Assembly: GCA_024704765.1 (NCBI GenBank)
Contig: JAKMXF010000302.1
Coordinates: forward strand, 310,001-374,000
Length of the DNA stretch: 64,000 nucleotides
Reading direction: 5' to 3'
Source: Oopsacas minuta
Lineage: Eukaryota; Animalia; Porifera
The notes below the pieces were generated by a model. It saw only the letters and a list, made by a program, of their open reading frames with translations, had not been told where the DNA came from and searched no databases. Position 1 is the stretch's first letter; each line of letters starts with the position of its first letter. Positions 37,192-52,700 of this stretch are shown here, piece by piece. The position numbers and the translations under genes are program-made.

Positions 37192-37914
37192 ATGTCAGAA
37201 GCAATGGAAACACAAGCAGACAATGCTATTATACAGTCCACGGAACCCTTAGAATCGAACTCCCCTAAAAAGAGCCCTGAGGAGAATGCTACCATCCCTG
37301 ATGATATTACACCAGCTGAGGAGATCACTCTCCTCAATGACTTGGCCTCTCCTCCGCTAGAGAATGACCAGACTGAAGATAGCCCACTCATCACTAATTC
37401 AGCTCCACTAGAAGAGAGCATCACTCCTATAGTTGATTTATCTGGAGCTGATACAGCTGTAGGTCAGGTGGCTGCATCACCTGCAATTATAACAGCTGAT
37501 CAGTGTCTGTCTCACTCTAAGACGATATCAGAAACAGTGCCATTCAATAGAGAAGAAGTAGTTAGCGATTCTCGTGCAAATGCACTATGGATTGTGTGTC
37601 AAGTATGTAAGAGCAAGATTCTACAGCCAAATATAGGAGTGTATGTTGAGAGCGAGGCTGAGCTTCCTCCCCTCCTTAAGAAGGAATCCCTGAACGCTGC
37701 AACCCAAGAAATACCCGTAGAGAAAGTAACTGCATTCTGGAAAATAAAAGATATGTTCCATTTCGAGAACATAGGTGTATCTAAGACAATCGGTAACACA
37801 AAGTACTTACTATGTGCTGACTGCGAGATAGGACCAGTTGGGTATCATCTTATCACCAATCCACAAGCTTTCTTCCTAGCTGTTCACAGAGTAGTGTATG
37901 CAGACAATGTGTAG
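37192..37914 (+). CDS. RABIF: Mss4/RABIF Rab chaperone-GEF with an acidic, Pro-rich N-terminal extension of about 125 aa, intronless
   Basis: CQVCKSKILQP, FWKIKDMFHFENIGVSK and KYLLCADCEIGPVGY (two Zn-binding CxxC motifs). Confidence 0.92.
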   Translation: MSEAMETQADNAIIQSTEPLESNSPKKSPEENATIPDDITPAEEITLLNDLASPPLENDQTEDSPLITNSAPLEESITPIVDLSGADTAVGQVAASPAIITADQCLSHSKTISETVPFNREEVVSDSRANALWIVCQVCKSKILQPNIGVYVESEAELPPLLKKESLNAATQEIPVEKVTAFWKIKDMFHFENIGVSKTIGNTKYLLCADCEIGPVGYHLITNPQAFFLAVHRVVYADNV

Positions 37915-38329
37915 TTGTAATGTCAAATTAATAGTATTAGGCAGTAGGCAGAATTTTTGCCATTTGCTTAGATATAAATATTTTGATTATTTCCCACAGT
38001 AGTAGCATCAAGAGGGGTTATATATAGATAATAAACTATGGAATTTTATTGAGTTAATTTTAAGAAGTAAATATACCCGCTTAATTCACTGCTAGTAATT
38101 ATTCCAGAATTCTTCTGAAACGACATGATTATATGTACCTTGATAACTTTAATAATATGAAAATTTGGTTTTGGATATTGTCCCCTATCCCAGCGTGTAA
38201 TTGATTAAGCAGGTTCTTATACTTTAGCTAAGTACGTAGTTTACGTAATGTACGTACCATATCTTAAATTTTATACAAAGGTTATATAATCATGATATTA
38301 TCTAGCATAACAACAGCTACTAAGGGTAT

Positions 38330-40439
38330 ATGTCTCAATTATCAGGTGAAGTGATGTTGATTGCAGCAGAGAACGGAGAGTTCGAAAGTGTTAGAGAAAT
38401 ATTTACACATCCAGATTATGGTCATACACTACGTGATATATTCCATAAAGAACGCAAAAACAATCCTCTTGTGCTTGCGGCTAAAAGTGGTAATCTCAAA
38501 CTGGTGAAGTTACTAATTGAGAAATTAAACTTTGACAAAGAGAGTGTAGGAACTGTTTTATTTTCACAAGATGAAGATCAAATAGCTGAGGCCCCTGTAC
38601 TATGGACAGCTGCAACATCTGGTCACCTGCACTTAGTGAAATACCTTATTTCCATAGGTTGTGATGTTAATAAGCCTACACAGACTAGTAGCACTCCTAT
38701 ACGCGGAGCTTGCTATGACGGCCATTTAGAGGTTCGTTTAACAATTTCAGTTTTTCGCGAGTCTACTGTGATTATTTATTGTGTTTTACAGGTTGTTAAA
38801 TATCTTGTTGGGTGTGGAGGTAACTTCAATACACCTAATGAAAACGGACAAACTCCTCTGCTAGTAGCTTGTGGTATGAATCATGCTAGAGTAGTCCAGT
38901 ACCTGATTAACATAGGAGCAGATCTAAATGTACAGGCTGTTAAGGGGCTCACTGCTTTACACATAGCTTGTGAAAGAGACTATACTGATATTGCTTCTCT
39001 ACTTCTGGGTGCAGGTTGGTTTGTAACATGAGACCAATATTCCCTGAATTATCCGAGATGTAGCGAATATAAGCTAGGGAATTATTAAGTATGCTATCTC
39101 TCCCTTCTTAATCTTTATTATTATTATCTACATCTATATAGGAGCTAAACTACTGCTAGATGAACAGGGTGCTACTGCGCCAATGCTAGCTGCAGTTAAC
39201 GGACACGATGATACTCTAACAACTCTGTTAGATAAGTACCCAGACTGTCTGCATCCTGAATCTAAAGCAGACTTATACACTGTATTAGGTTGTTCTAAGT
39301 ACGATCGAGCTATTCAAGGCAGAGGTCAAGACACTATTTCTACTGTTATACAATACTGGTTCAGAGCTAGTTCATTACGAGATAGATTTCCACAAAAAAG
39401 TCTAGCGAAAATAGTGAAAAACCGCGTAAATATTCCTGAAGTATATGGAAATAATAGTTATGAACCTTTAACGACATCAGAATTGTTACAGATTCTGCCT
39501 GATGATTCTAAAGTTGGCATTTTCACTCTTCAAGCGAGAGAGAGAATCCTTGGTCCAAGTCATTACCTTATTTATTTCCTACGTCTAAGAGCTGCTATTG
39601 AATTAGATAGGAATCTGTATGAACGTAGTCTATTACTACTAGACAGATCTGTTTTGTTATCTTACACTGCGCTTAGACCGAATAACAACCCCTTACGTTA
39701 CCTAGACCAAAACCTATTCATCTTACAGTGTCACGGTATGGCTTATAGAGATCAGAAGTGTGGGGCTATGACGAGTCTATTCTTTGAATACCTCACAATG
39801 CAGATAGAAATGTTCTTTAGAAACCATTACAACTGTAGTACACAGGAGATTTTTAAGAGTGGAGACGATGAGAATTTGATAGAAATCTGGTTACATGAGT
39901 TAGTACTGTTGGTATCTGCTAACGGTGCTGAGCATGAAGATAGGATAGAACAGCTGATTAATAGGATAGCTAGCCTAGGGTATCGGTCTAAAAAGCATGG
40001 GAGATCTGTATTGCATATAGCTTGTTGTTTGGATACGAAAACTACCACAATTAATTCAGAATTGGTTGGTCATCTTTGGCCTAATACGGACTTCTTAAAA
40101 CTTTTATGCAAATACTTTGATGTGGACTCACGGGATAATTCAGGTTCTACACCACTGCTAACAGTCGTACAATACACAACAGATTATGATTTAAGATACG
40201 AAATGGTAGAGCTGCTCCTGGAGAATGGAGCTCATCCAGATACATTATCTTATATTGGTCAGTCTGCAGCTGATTGTGAGTACAATTCAGCAAACTCTCT
40301 TCAGTTATGGAGTATTAAAAATTTGCTTTGGAAATATACCTCTTTAAAATGCAGAGCTGCTCGTATTATTTGTAAGGATATGCCTAGATACAGAGAAAGA
40401 GTTCCTCCCAGTCTCGCATACTTTTTCTCTCTACATTAA
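38330..40439 (+). CDS. FEM1: FEM-1 homolog (ankyrin repeats, Cul2 E3 substrate receptor); introns 38732-38791 and 39015-39141
   Basis: APVLWTAATSGHLHLVKYL, STPIRGACYDGHLEVVKYLV, LQARERILGP and C-terminal SLKCRAARII box. Splices are in frame. Confidence 0.88.
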
Positions 40440-40561
40440 TTTGTTGTGTGTCATTTCTAGATATTCAATTAAATATAGAGATTATGTGATTCGTATTTCC
40501 TATTAAACAACATGTGTTGTTCCATATTATACCTTAATTCGTAAATTACTATAGTATTTTA

Positions 40562-43224
<2,663 letters not shown>

Positions 43225-43462
43225 ATGTATTAGCGAATAGCTTTAGGACAGATTTCTTAAATATAGATATAGTAGAATATTAAGCTTATGATAGTTTATA
43301 GTGATAGTTGTTAATAGGAAATCATTTTTCTCCAATGAGATTCTTAATTTCTTATATATATACTTAAAATGTAGAAATTAGTTACTTGCTTGTGTTGGAA
43401 ATCTCATAAATTTATTCTATCGTACTGATTATCTCTAGTAAAAGTAATAGTAACATTTTGTA

Positions 43463-44806
43463 ATGGCTCAGCATAACCCGTTACCACAGGGTCTACCCAA
43501 CGAGCATCATATCTCTATGATGGCTGATCACCATTCATCTTTGCAGCATTTCCATCTTGCAACTCAACCTCAATTCACCCCTACTCCTGCTCCCCCTCCA
43601 GCCCAGAATTGTAACTTACAGCGAGATATTGCTCGGGCAGTGGAGTTAATTAATAAAATACAAAGCAAAGAGAGAGTTCCTGACGATAAATTACAGAAAT
43701 TAAAAGAGGTACATACGTAGTGTATCTTTAACGTTATTTCAATATTCTCCAATTTGTCAGTGAATTTATTTTACTTTCCAAAACAATTTGCATGAATGCA
43801 AAATATATTCCAATTAAACTACAATTAATTCAAATCTAATTATAGTCAGAAGTAGTAGATTAAATTAATGGTGAGATGCATGCGTGTGTCACGAGAGTAC
43901 AACACGAATTCTATTTATAATTATCTGTGTATAAGGTAAGGTGTATCTTGTGTGTGACATCCTCAGAGTCACGGGGCTGCGTTGAGTAATTTGAGAGCTT
44001 TGTTATCACAGTAAGGGCGGGGCAATACTCCTATTTCGGAACTAACATTGACAAAATATTCTGTTCTCACTCACATTCCAGATTCCAATATTGGTTTCCA
44101 AGTTATTGAACTAAATATTAGTTCAAAATTTAAACAAAATTATTCACAACTTATTCTTAACTAATATTTTAATAATAATTTTTTCTGATTACGAATTATG
44201 TGATTTACGATTTGAATGCTTATGTTCTTTGTTAGGTTTTGGAAAGCCCATTCCTGCAAACAGTACGTGAGGTATATGAGAGCATTTACAATTCTGTGGA
44301 CCATCAAGCCAATGTAGATGTCAAGGCTAATGTTGTGGCTAAAGCTACTGTTGCAGCGTTTGGAGCTAGTGAGGGTTATGGACATCCTCGTGTTGTAGAA
44401 CTACCATTACAAACTAGCAACAGTGAAGGATTAGGCTTCAGTGTTGTGGGAGGGAAGGAATTGCAAACTCCTGTAATGATCACCAAAGTTTCTACAGGTA
44501 GTTTATTGTTTATGTACAAATGAGATATAAATATTTCAACAGGTGTATTTTATGTTAGGTGGACTTGGTGACCGTTTCGGTCATTTAAAGCGAGGAGATC
44601 AAATCTTATCAATCAATGGAACGAATGTTGAACAAGAAACACATGAAAATGTTGTAAACCTTATGAAATCATCTAGAGGATCAATTCGCCTCGTTGTTCG
44701 TTATGTTCCAAAAGTTTTAGAGAGTCTTGAATCTCGCCTGGAAACACAGAGAGAGAAGGTAATGTTGGAAAGATCTACTTCAAAGGGACTTGATTTAGCT
44801 CAGTAA
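43463..44806 (+). CDS. LIN7: Lin-7/MALS/Veli homolog (L27 + PDZ), three exons
   Basis: [60 protein letters not shown] and [12 protein letters not shown]. Confidence 0.95.
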
Positions 44807-45066
44807 TTGAGGTGATAACTTTGTTGTACTTACTATTTTATATCTTGTATGGATCTTGTATGGTGTAATAATTTGGCTTATCTGGGACAAATCTAATATT
44901 TCAATTATCTCAAGTAATACTGGTCCCTGACATAATATTAAATCAATAATTATGTGTAAATAATTATATTATCCTTAGTCCGTCATAGCAACACGTCGTT
45001 AGTAATTAATGGATTCCAAATATAGCATAGTATCTTTTGTTGATCAAGTAATTGTTTAAAAATTAT

Positions 45067-45099
45067 TGACGTCAAGAAACCAATTGGCTCTTTATAAAA
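45067..45099 (+). promoter_or_regulatory. Candidate promoter module: CRE TGACGTCA (45067), CCAATTGG (45080), TATAAAA (45093), about 1.15 kb upstream of Rheb
   Basis: Three canonical motifs within 33 nt. Function is inferred only. Confidence 0.3.
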
Positions 45100-46255
45100 T
45101 GCAATCGTTATAATTTAAGTTTTAGGTATTTAAATGCTAACCATCCAACCTAAAAAGGAATTAAATTTATATTGTTTAAACTGCAAGCCATATTCCCAAA
45201 GTTAGATAAGCTACATACAATGCTGTATAGTCAGCCAGAAGACTAAAATACTTCGCATTTGGTTAGATTTCCGAAATCATAAAATCCCATATGATCGTCT
45301 CTTCGAAATGACAACATTTTTCTGGTTTAATTGTAATTATTAGCCTTCTCTTTACATTTCAACTGTTTGCAGGGTTTCAATTATATATTGTGCAAAAATC
45401 CATAATTGTTCTCCAATTCTATTGTCTCACAGACATCTTACTACATATTTCAAATATTTGGAACAGGTTTGTGACTCGACCTTATCATGCTATACATTTC
45501 ATGCAACATGGGCTTCTTAGTGGTCGAATCTCGTGATTAAAGAAATATGTTTTTGCATTACTTAGTCAATATTTTAGCCAGCTTACAGACATTAATTTAT
45601 ATTCACAGCTTCCATTTATTTAAACCGAAGAAATAGCACTTAATTTGTAGCCATATTTGCACGCTTTTAATGTAACCAACGACAAACAGACTACATTAAA
45701 AATGCGTAATCCTGTATCCAAAGTGACGCAATACAACCATCAGGTTACCACGCTGTATCACGCTCTATGTTATCCTTAAGAAAGCTATAAATTGGTTTTG
45801 CCCAATACCAGAAATCAACCACCTCACCTGAATACATATATTACACGCCTTATAAGTTTTGTGAATATTCATGAATAGGACAATAATATGCGTTATGCAT
45901 TAGCTTAGCTGCCATCTCTTTATTTATTCACCCAAATAATACTGCAATGCACATATTTACGTTTCTACAATGCATTTTAACTATCGCTAATACTTTATTT
46001 GTAAAAGGTAGACACAAAGTAGACTGCTTGTATTATCTGCATTCACAATTGTGAACATCTGAATATTCTCGTAGAATGCAGTTAGAGAAGTCAAAGTGCA
46101 GATGAGACGCTTTTTATCATATATCTATGTATCTACATGTTAGGTTTCCAGTTATGCTAAAATGCAGTATATATAGAATTGATATACGTTAAAATTTCAT
46201 ATATTTGATTTTGTTTTTCTAATTATTCAATTCAGCGATAAAGGCCACATACCTG

Positions 46256-46861
46256 ATGATGTCTATGAATCCGGTGAAGATGAGAGAAGTTGCCATTATG
46301 GGAATGAACAGTGTTGGAAAAAGTAGCTTAACATTCAAATTTGTCTGGAATTCATTTCAAGCAGAATACAACCCCACGATTACTGATCGTTTCACAAAGG
46401 AACTTGAAGTTGACCATGTGAAATATGCATGTACATTCATTGACACCGCTGGACAAGATGATTACTCAATCTTTCCATCCTCTTGCTCATCAGTTCACGG
46501 TTTTATTCTCGTATACTCCATCAACAGTCGCAAATCGTTTGACCTGTTACACGTTATTAGACAGAAAATTGTAGAATATAAAGGCGATGATGATATCCCT
46601 CTCGTGATTGTGGGTAACAAGCGAGACCTCGAGGGTATCCAACGGGCTGTTCAAACTGAAGAAGGACGTGGATTATCTACTGAATGGAATGCCAGTTTCT
46701 TCGAAACTTCAGCTAAAGAAGATGTAGAGCTAGATCTTCGTAGTGTTTTCACATCAGCAATTACTGAAATTGAGCGTAAACAGAACCCCCATCTTATGCC
46801 ACAAACGAATCCTTCACAGCCACAACAACAACAACAACAAAAAGATTGTGTGATCATATAA
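46256..46861 (+). CDS. RHEB: Rheb-like small GTPase with polyQ and CAAX (CVII), intronless CDS
   Basis: SVGKSSLT, YNPTI, DTAGQDDYSIFP (Rheb-typical), NKRD and ETSAK. Confidence 0.85.
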   Translation: MMSMNPVKMREVAIMGMNSVGKSSLTFKFVWNSFQAEYNPTITDRFTKELEVDHVKYACTFIDTAGQDDYSIFPSSCSSVHGFILVYSINSRKSFDLLHVIRQKIVEYKGDDDIPLVIVGNKRDLEGIQRAVQTEEGRGLSTEWNASFFETSAKEDVELDLRSVFTSAITEIERKQNPHLMPQTNPSQPQQQQQQKDCVII

Positions 46862-48413
46862 ATCACAGTAACTACATTAACAACCACTATTGTTAATCCT
46901 CACCTTCTTATTCTGCTCAGACCTGCAATTCCCTTTTTATCTACACCTCGTATATATTCTTCCCTTCTCCCCACAGTTACAGTATATATTTACACTACTT
47001 ACTTAAACCCTACTAACAGCATGCAATAATAATGAAACAGCTTCCAGCTCGTTGAGTTTTAATATACCAAGTTCAAACTGTTTTAACAATTAATATGTTA
47101 CACTCCAGCATTTTACCCGTTTTCTGATATCCAATTATTGTCCTACTACTTGATTTATTAGTGATAATTATTCGCAATTGTTACGGTTCAATTAATTATA
47201 ATGAGAATTAAATGCATTGTAAACTTTATGTACATTTCAATTATTCAATATATTGTGAGCCCCTTTAATTAAATGCTAAGCTATTTCAGTTTGACAGATT
47301 ACTTTGTGGAAATAGGGAATGGACGCTAGTGGGAGTTATTGTTACCTCATTTATATCTAAGTTAGGAAATGCTAAAATTATTTGCATTCCTATCATATTT
47401 CATTTGTGCCATGAAAGGTAACTAATCTTCATTTAGCTTGTGAATTCCGACAAGTCACTAGGTGCTGATTTTTGAGAGATCAGCATGACTGATTCTACAT
47501 TGTTGGTCATCATCATGACTTGAATCAAATCTTGCGGAGTTTATTCATAATGAATAGCGTGAATTTTCTATATCAAATGAATGAATGGAGAGTGAATCAG
47601 TATCTGGAATTGTAATAATCAGGCCTTTCTAAGCAGACAGATATGACAATTTGATGTACTTTTTGCCATAAATATGACATAATGATGGCTGGACTGAGTT
47701 AATAATAAATTGGAAGTTTTCGAACTTTCAAAACGTGCAAAAATTTCCATGTGACGGATTTTGATCACGGTTACTTGCATGTGACGAAAAACTTATTTTT
47801 AGTTTTCTAATAATATTCAATACCCTAAACCCAATGGATTTTATCATTTTCGTTAACGTATAATCAACACGCATTTCTTTAGAGACATATTGTCTAATCA
47901 AATATATTACCCAAAAATTCTTAGATAATGACTCTCATGATTGAAATTGTGTAACTGAACGGAACTATCGCGATAATTAGATAATGAGAATTAACGTTCT
48001 AACACGTTTCACATTTAACATCAAAGCTAATTAATTGTAAGAATTTAAATTGGTACGTACCCCGAGTATGTAATCGCGACGCCAATTATTTGAAGTGATT
48101 GGCGCAATAAGCACAACTATTTCTTCCGACATCCCTAATTCACCATTAGTAAGAGATTATAATTGCGGAAATGTAAGTTCCGAAGTCTCACTAAATGTTT
48201 GCTATTACATTACGGAACATACTTATAGAACTTCGTTACACAATCGTTACAATAATGGCACGGGAAGTCACAATCTGCTCAGACTTGAGTTATAACTAAT
48301 ATTTATGGAAAGTAACATTCTACACCAAATTATTGTTCATGGATTTGGTATGAGTTCTTTATTATTGATTTATGTATTCTTCCATAGCCAGGTGTACAAT
48401 CTGATTGCTGACA

Positions 48414-49645
48414 ATGGAATTTGGTTTGAATGAAATTCACACTTCAGAGATTGTTAATTTCCTACGATTCTCACGGTATCAGAGAGCTAACCGGCTCAAA
48501 GGTATAGACTGTGCATTCCAAGATTTAATAGAGAGCCGCCTTGCGGAAGATAACACATTTACCGATGCTGAGGTGATTATATAGTGACATACCTATACCC
48601 TGCAACCATGTGGTTATTACCAAATGAATTGTAATCTTAAAAATACGATGATCTAGTCAAACGTGAACTTGTAGTGCAAAAGTATTACATAAGTGATAGA
48701 AGGAAGGACTTATATACTGTGACGGAACCTTAGTAATGCTAGATCAGCTTTTTATTCTATTTATGTATTTCCATATTATAGCGGAATAAACTGAAATGCA
48801 TGGTTGTATCATTATCGAGATGCTTTTAGGTACGAGACATGCTAGAAGGCCTGCAGGCTGTTGTAAGCAGTGATATGGAATCAGAGCTGATACACAGTGC
48901 TCATACTAACACATTACTACTAAGACAGTTATTTCAGCAGGGGGAGAAATGGCACCTTACTTTACAAGCTGATATATCTGAATTGGAAAATAGAGAATTG
49001 TTAGATGGAATCAAGGAGTTTGAAGAGAAGCAGCTAATGATGCAAGGTAGTTTATTGTAGGAAAGTTCATGGACTTATTGACTATTTTCAATAACTATTG
49101 TTCGATATTATTGTTATACATCTACAGGAGCAGATAAATTTGCTTCACCCCCTCCTCCCCCTCAGAAACCTAAACTAGCTCCTCTCAACGAGCCTGGAGT
49201 AACCATGATATTAGAGAAGGAATTGAAAGAAGTGAAATTAGAAAATGATAATCTTCGTTCTAAAGTGAAGTCACTTGAATCTCGTTATAACTCTGTTGCT
49301 AAGGAGTCCAGTACTGTTAGGGCAAAGCTTTTGGAAACGATTGATAAACTGAAATCTGCAGAAGAAGCTGTAGCTTTGTCACAACAGAATAACTCTAGTA
49401 TTATTGAGGAGCCAGTTCAGCAGACTATAACACATAATACTGAAGTTGATAATAAAGAGTTAAGTGAGAGTAAGCATGAGATTCTGAAGCTTAGAGCTGA
49501 ACTGGAAAGTGTTAAAAATGAGATGGAGAAGAAACTACAAGAAACTTCTCAATTCCAGAATTTAAAGAAAATGCTTGGTACTAAGAATGAGCAACTAAAA
49601 GATCTCAGAACACGAATAGCTAAATACGAAGAAGTCCCCGAATAA
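48414..49645 (+). CDS. LZTFL1: Leucine zipper transcription factor-like 1 (BBS17); exons 48414-48572, 48830-49046, 49128-49645
   Basis: First exon, missed by the ORF track, translated manually: MEFGLNEIHTSEIVNFLRFSRYQR..FQDLIESRL. Also ESELIHSAHTNTLLLRQLFQQGEKW and KPKLAPLNE. Confidence 0.95.
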
Positions 49646-49794
49646 CCGCTTCCTTTACTCACTTCTAGTTATCACCATGTACTGTATCTAGTTAATGAAT
49701 TCTGTGTTTTATCTTTATAGATCTTTGTCGTTTCGATTGAAATATATTTCACTGCTAAATACATCTTAACTAGAGAATAATACAGTTTTGTAGC

Positions 49795-52700
49795 ATGTCA
49801 AAAACACAGCTATTTAGTCCTGATATTATAGAAGAGATATCTTTATCAGAGTCTCATAACGAAGGAGATGAGGTAGATAAGATAGAAACTAATACTGTAA
49901 GTATAGAAGATGCTCTATTACAGAGATTAGAATTGAAGAAACAGAATTTACAGAAGAAGCTAGCAGGGAGGAGAGATTCTGATTCTATACAGATAGCACC
50001 ACCTGAAAACAATTGTTCGTTAAATAACTTGAATAGAAATAAGTAAATTTGTATTTTAGCTTTATTCTATCAGCTGAGTCACAGAGTGGATCAGGTCTAC
50101 ATGACCGCCTGAAGCAGAAGTTGTTAGCGATGAGAGAGAGTGCTAGTGAGTCTAAACTAGAGGGAGGTAATGTGTTACTGGAACAAGAGAGAGTACAAAA
50201 AGGAAGGAAGAAGGAAGATATCGAAATGAGTTTAATTCGTAAACGTGAGAATCATTTATTTTCATGTACTACAAATTACGTAATAATTGTGTTGTAATTA
50301 GCACTTAGAAGTCTACCACCCATCGCTACAGATAGAGGATCATCCAAATCTCCTGTTGTATCATTCCAGAATGAAAATGCTGACATGCATCTCAACCAAG
50401 AGCGTAGCGAGGGAGATGAATTAGATGGTATATTCTCAAGAAACTTACTTGATCAAAATGATGAAGTAAGTACTAATATTTAAGCTATGTGTATCTATAT
50501 TATTATTAATATCCCGTAGACAGCAAGTGATGCAACAGAGATTAGAGATGATGAAGACTCAATTCATTCAGAGACTATACCATTCATTTCACAAGAACCA
50601 CTAGATATATTGGTATACCAGCCTCCTAGATACAGGTAAATTGACAGCAGAAGTTTAAGTAATTAACTATAATAATGGACATATTGAGTGTACGACTGTT
50701 GTCTGCCATGGAATGATCCACTGTATTCTGTATTTATAGATACGCAGCAGAGAGATTAGAACAAGAAAATACAGTTTTGTTTGCGAAACAAGGATTATTC
50801 CCACCAGAAAACAACCCTGTCACTTTAGAACAAAAACAAGGTTCTGATCTAGAGCTGCGAGTTGCACAAGAGGAAGGCTTATATGTACCAGAGGTTATGC
50901 TGCCTCCTAACAGGACATTGATAGCTATGGAGCATAGAATAGTTAGAGAGAAAGCTAAGAATTGGTTTGGAGAAGATGGACAGTTGAAAGGGCTCACTGG
51001 GAAATTCCAAACTTCATCTAAAAAAGGTGATTTTCATTTACATACAGTCAGCTCTCCTTATATCGGAGGTCAAGGAACCCAATAATTCTTCGGTATAACC
51101 GATGAATATATATGTTGATTTGACGGTTTGGGTGATCTCAAACCGTTTACGACTTCAGACTTCGATAGAAGTGGTAATACACGCTTGTCCGTGTTTTTGC
51201 AATGTAATGGGACTTAACTGTATATATTATCAGTAAATATATTATCTGATGCATATAGGATTATTTCATCAGAGAAAAGAGCTATTCTCACCCACAAACC
51301 ATTTAATACAGTATCAGCCTTCAGCTGTATTTCCTAATCTAGACAGACAGTCAGTTATCAGCAATCCCAATCAAACCGATATAATTTCCACAAATATACA
51401 TCTTTCAGTTTATATCAGCAGTTTGAGATTCACACATCATTGGTTATTCAGCAATGAGCATTTGCTATGCTGTACTCTATACGCTCTACAGCTACAGTAT
51501 AATAGACTGAAGGAGAGAGATAGCGCAGAAATGCACTTCAGACATTTACAAGCACTAAGAAGACAGCTGAGATCTCTGAAAGCAGAATTTGATAAACTAA
51601 TGCTACAGAGTCTAACTGGTATTGAGATAGAACAAAAAGCTAATGACGTCACACAACTTAAACAGGAGATTAGCGAGTATAGACAGCTGAGAAGTGTAGA
51701 GTTAGAGAAAGAACAACAGCTGTTGAAGAGGATATTCAAGGTATAAATAGAAATAAACGGCTGATGGTTTATTTACAAAAATTTTGATTAGGTTTGGAGT
51801 CAATTGAAACAGCTACGTATAGAACAAGGTTACGTTAGTACTGCAGCTAGATTAAGAATAAAGAAGACTAATGTTGTTGATGTAGAAGAAGATAGAGTAA
51901 ATTTCTTAACGGAATTGGAAGAGGAATTGATGGAGCTGAAGGAAGAGCATGATGAAAAGCTTTCTGGTGAAAGAATCAAGTAAGTATTTTGTGAACCTAC
52001 TAGAGTTATCACAGTTACTGATTTTACACATAGTTATGAGGTAGCTTATGACCAATGGAGACGAGACCAAGGGGAGAGAAAGAAGCTCTTGGATGACAGT
52101 CAGGGTTCAGCTCTCTCTATACCTCCTGATACCCCACCTCCTGTCCCAGTCTCAGAGTTTGTAGAGGCTGAAGTTAGACGGAGACTGAATGAAGAATATC
52201 TAGCGGCTAGGAGACACCCAGGCCAACCCGTATTAACTCCAGAACTTTATCTTAATATGCCTATATCTGGTCAGATTGAAGATCAGAAAGAATTAAGTCG
52301 TAGAAGAGAAATAGAGAAATTAAGCTTCTTTATTCGTGTTAGAGTTAATGGGGAAACTGCTTGTGAAACGAGACATAGAAAACTCAAGCAAGACTTCATT
52401 ATAGATTTTCAAGTTTGTTCAAACAATTTATCAAAATAATTCAATTTTATAATTGGTATTATAGGAACAATTTCAACTCGAATTACGTCATAAGCCAGAA
52501 TCAGTTATCCTACAAGTGTATCAGGCCTCATTCAATCCTGCGCTATTAGCAGAAGTACCGTGTCCTCTGCCTATAGACATACCAGTTCAGAAACCAGCAA
52601 CTAATCCCATGCTACAATCTCTAGACTTCACTTATGATAAAGTTATGCATGTTAAGCTAGGATTAGGAGCCGGTATTCCATCACGGGGAGGAGGCATTCT

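Noticed and set aside
46651-46887. Minus-strand ORF with a Cys run
   Set aside because: Antisense shadow of the Rheb CAA/polyQ tract.
48573-48829. Possible MITE in LZTFL1 intron 1 (TGCAACCATG ... CATGGTTGTA); similar short match in the KARS1 intron 41146-41387
   Set aside because: Only 9-10 bp of inverted match with no clear TSD, which is compatible with chance.
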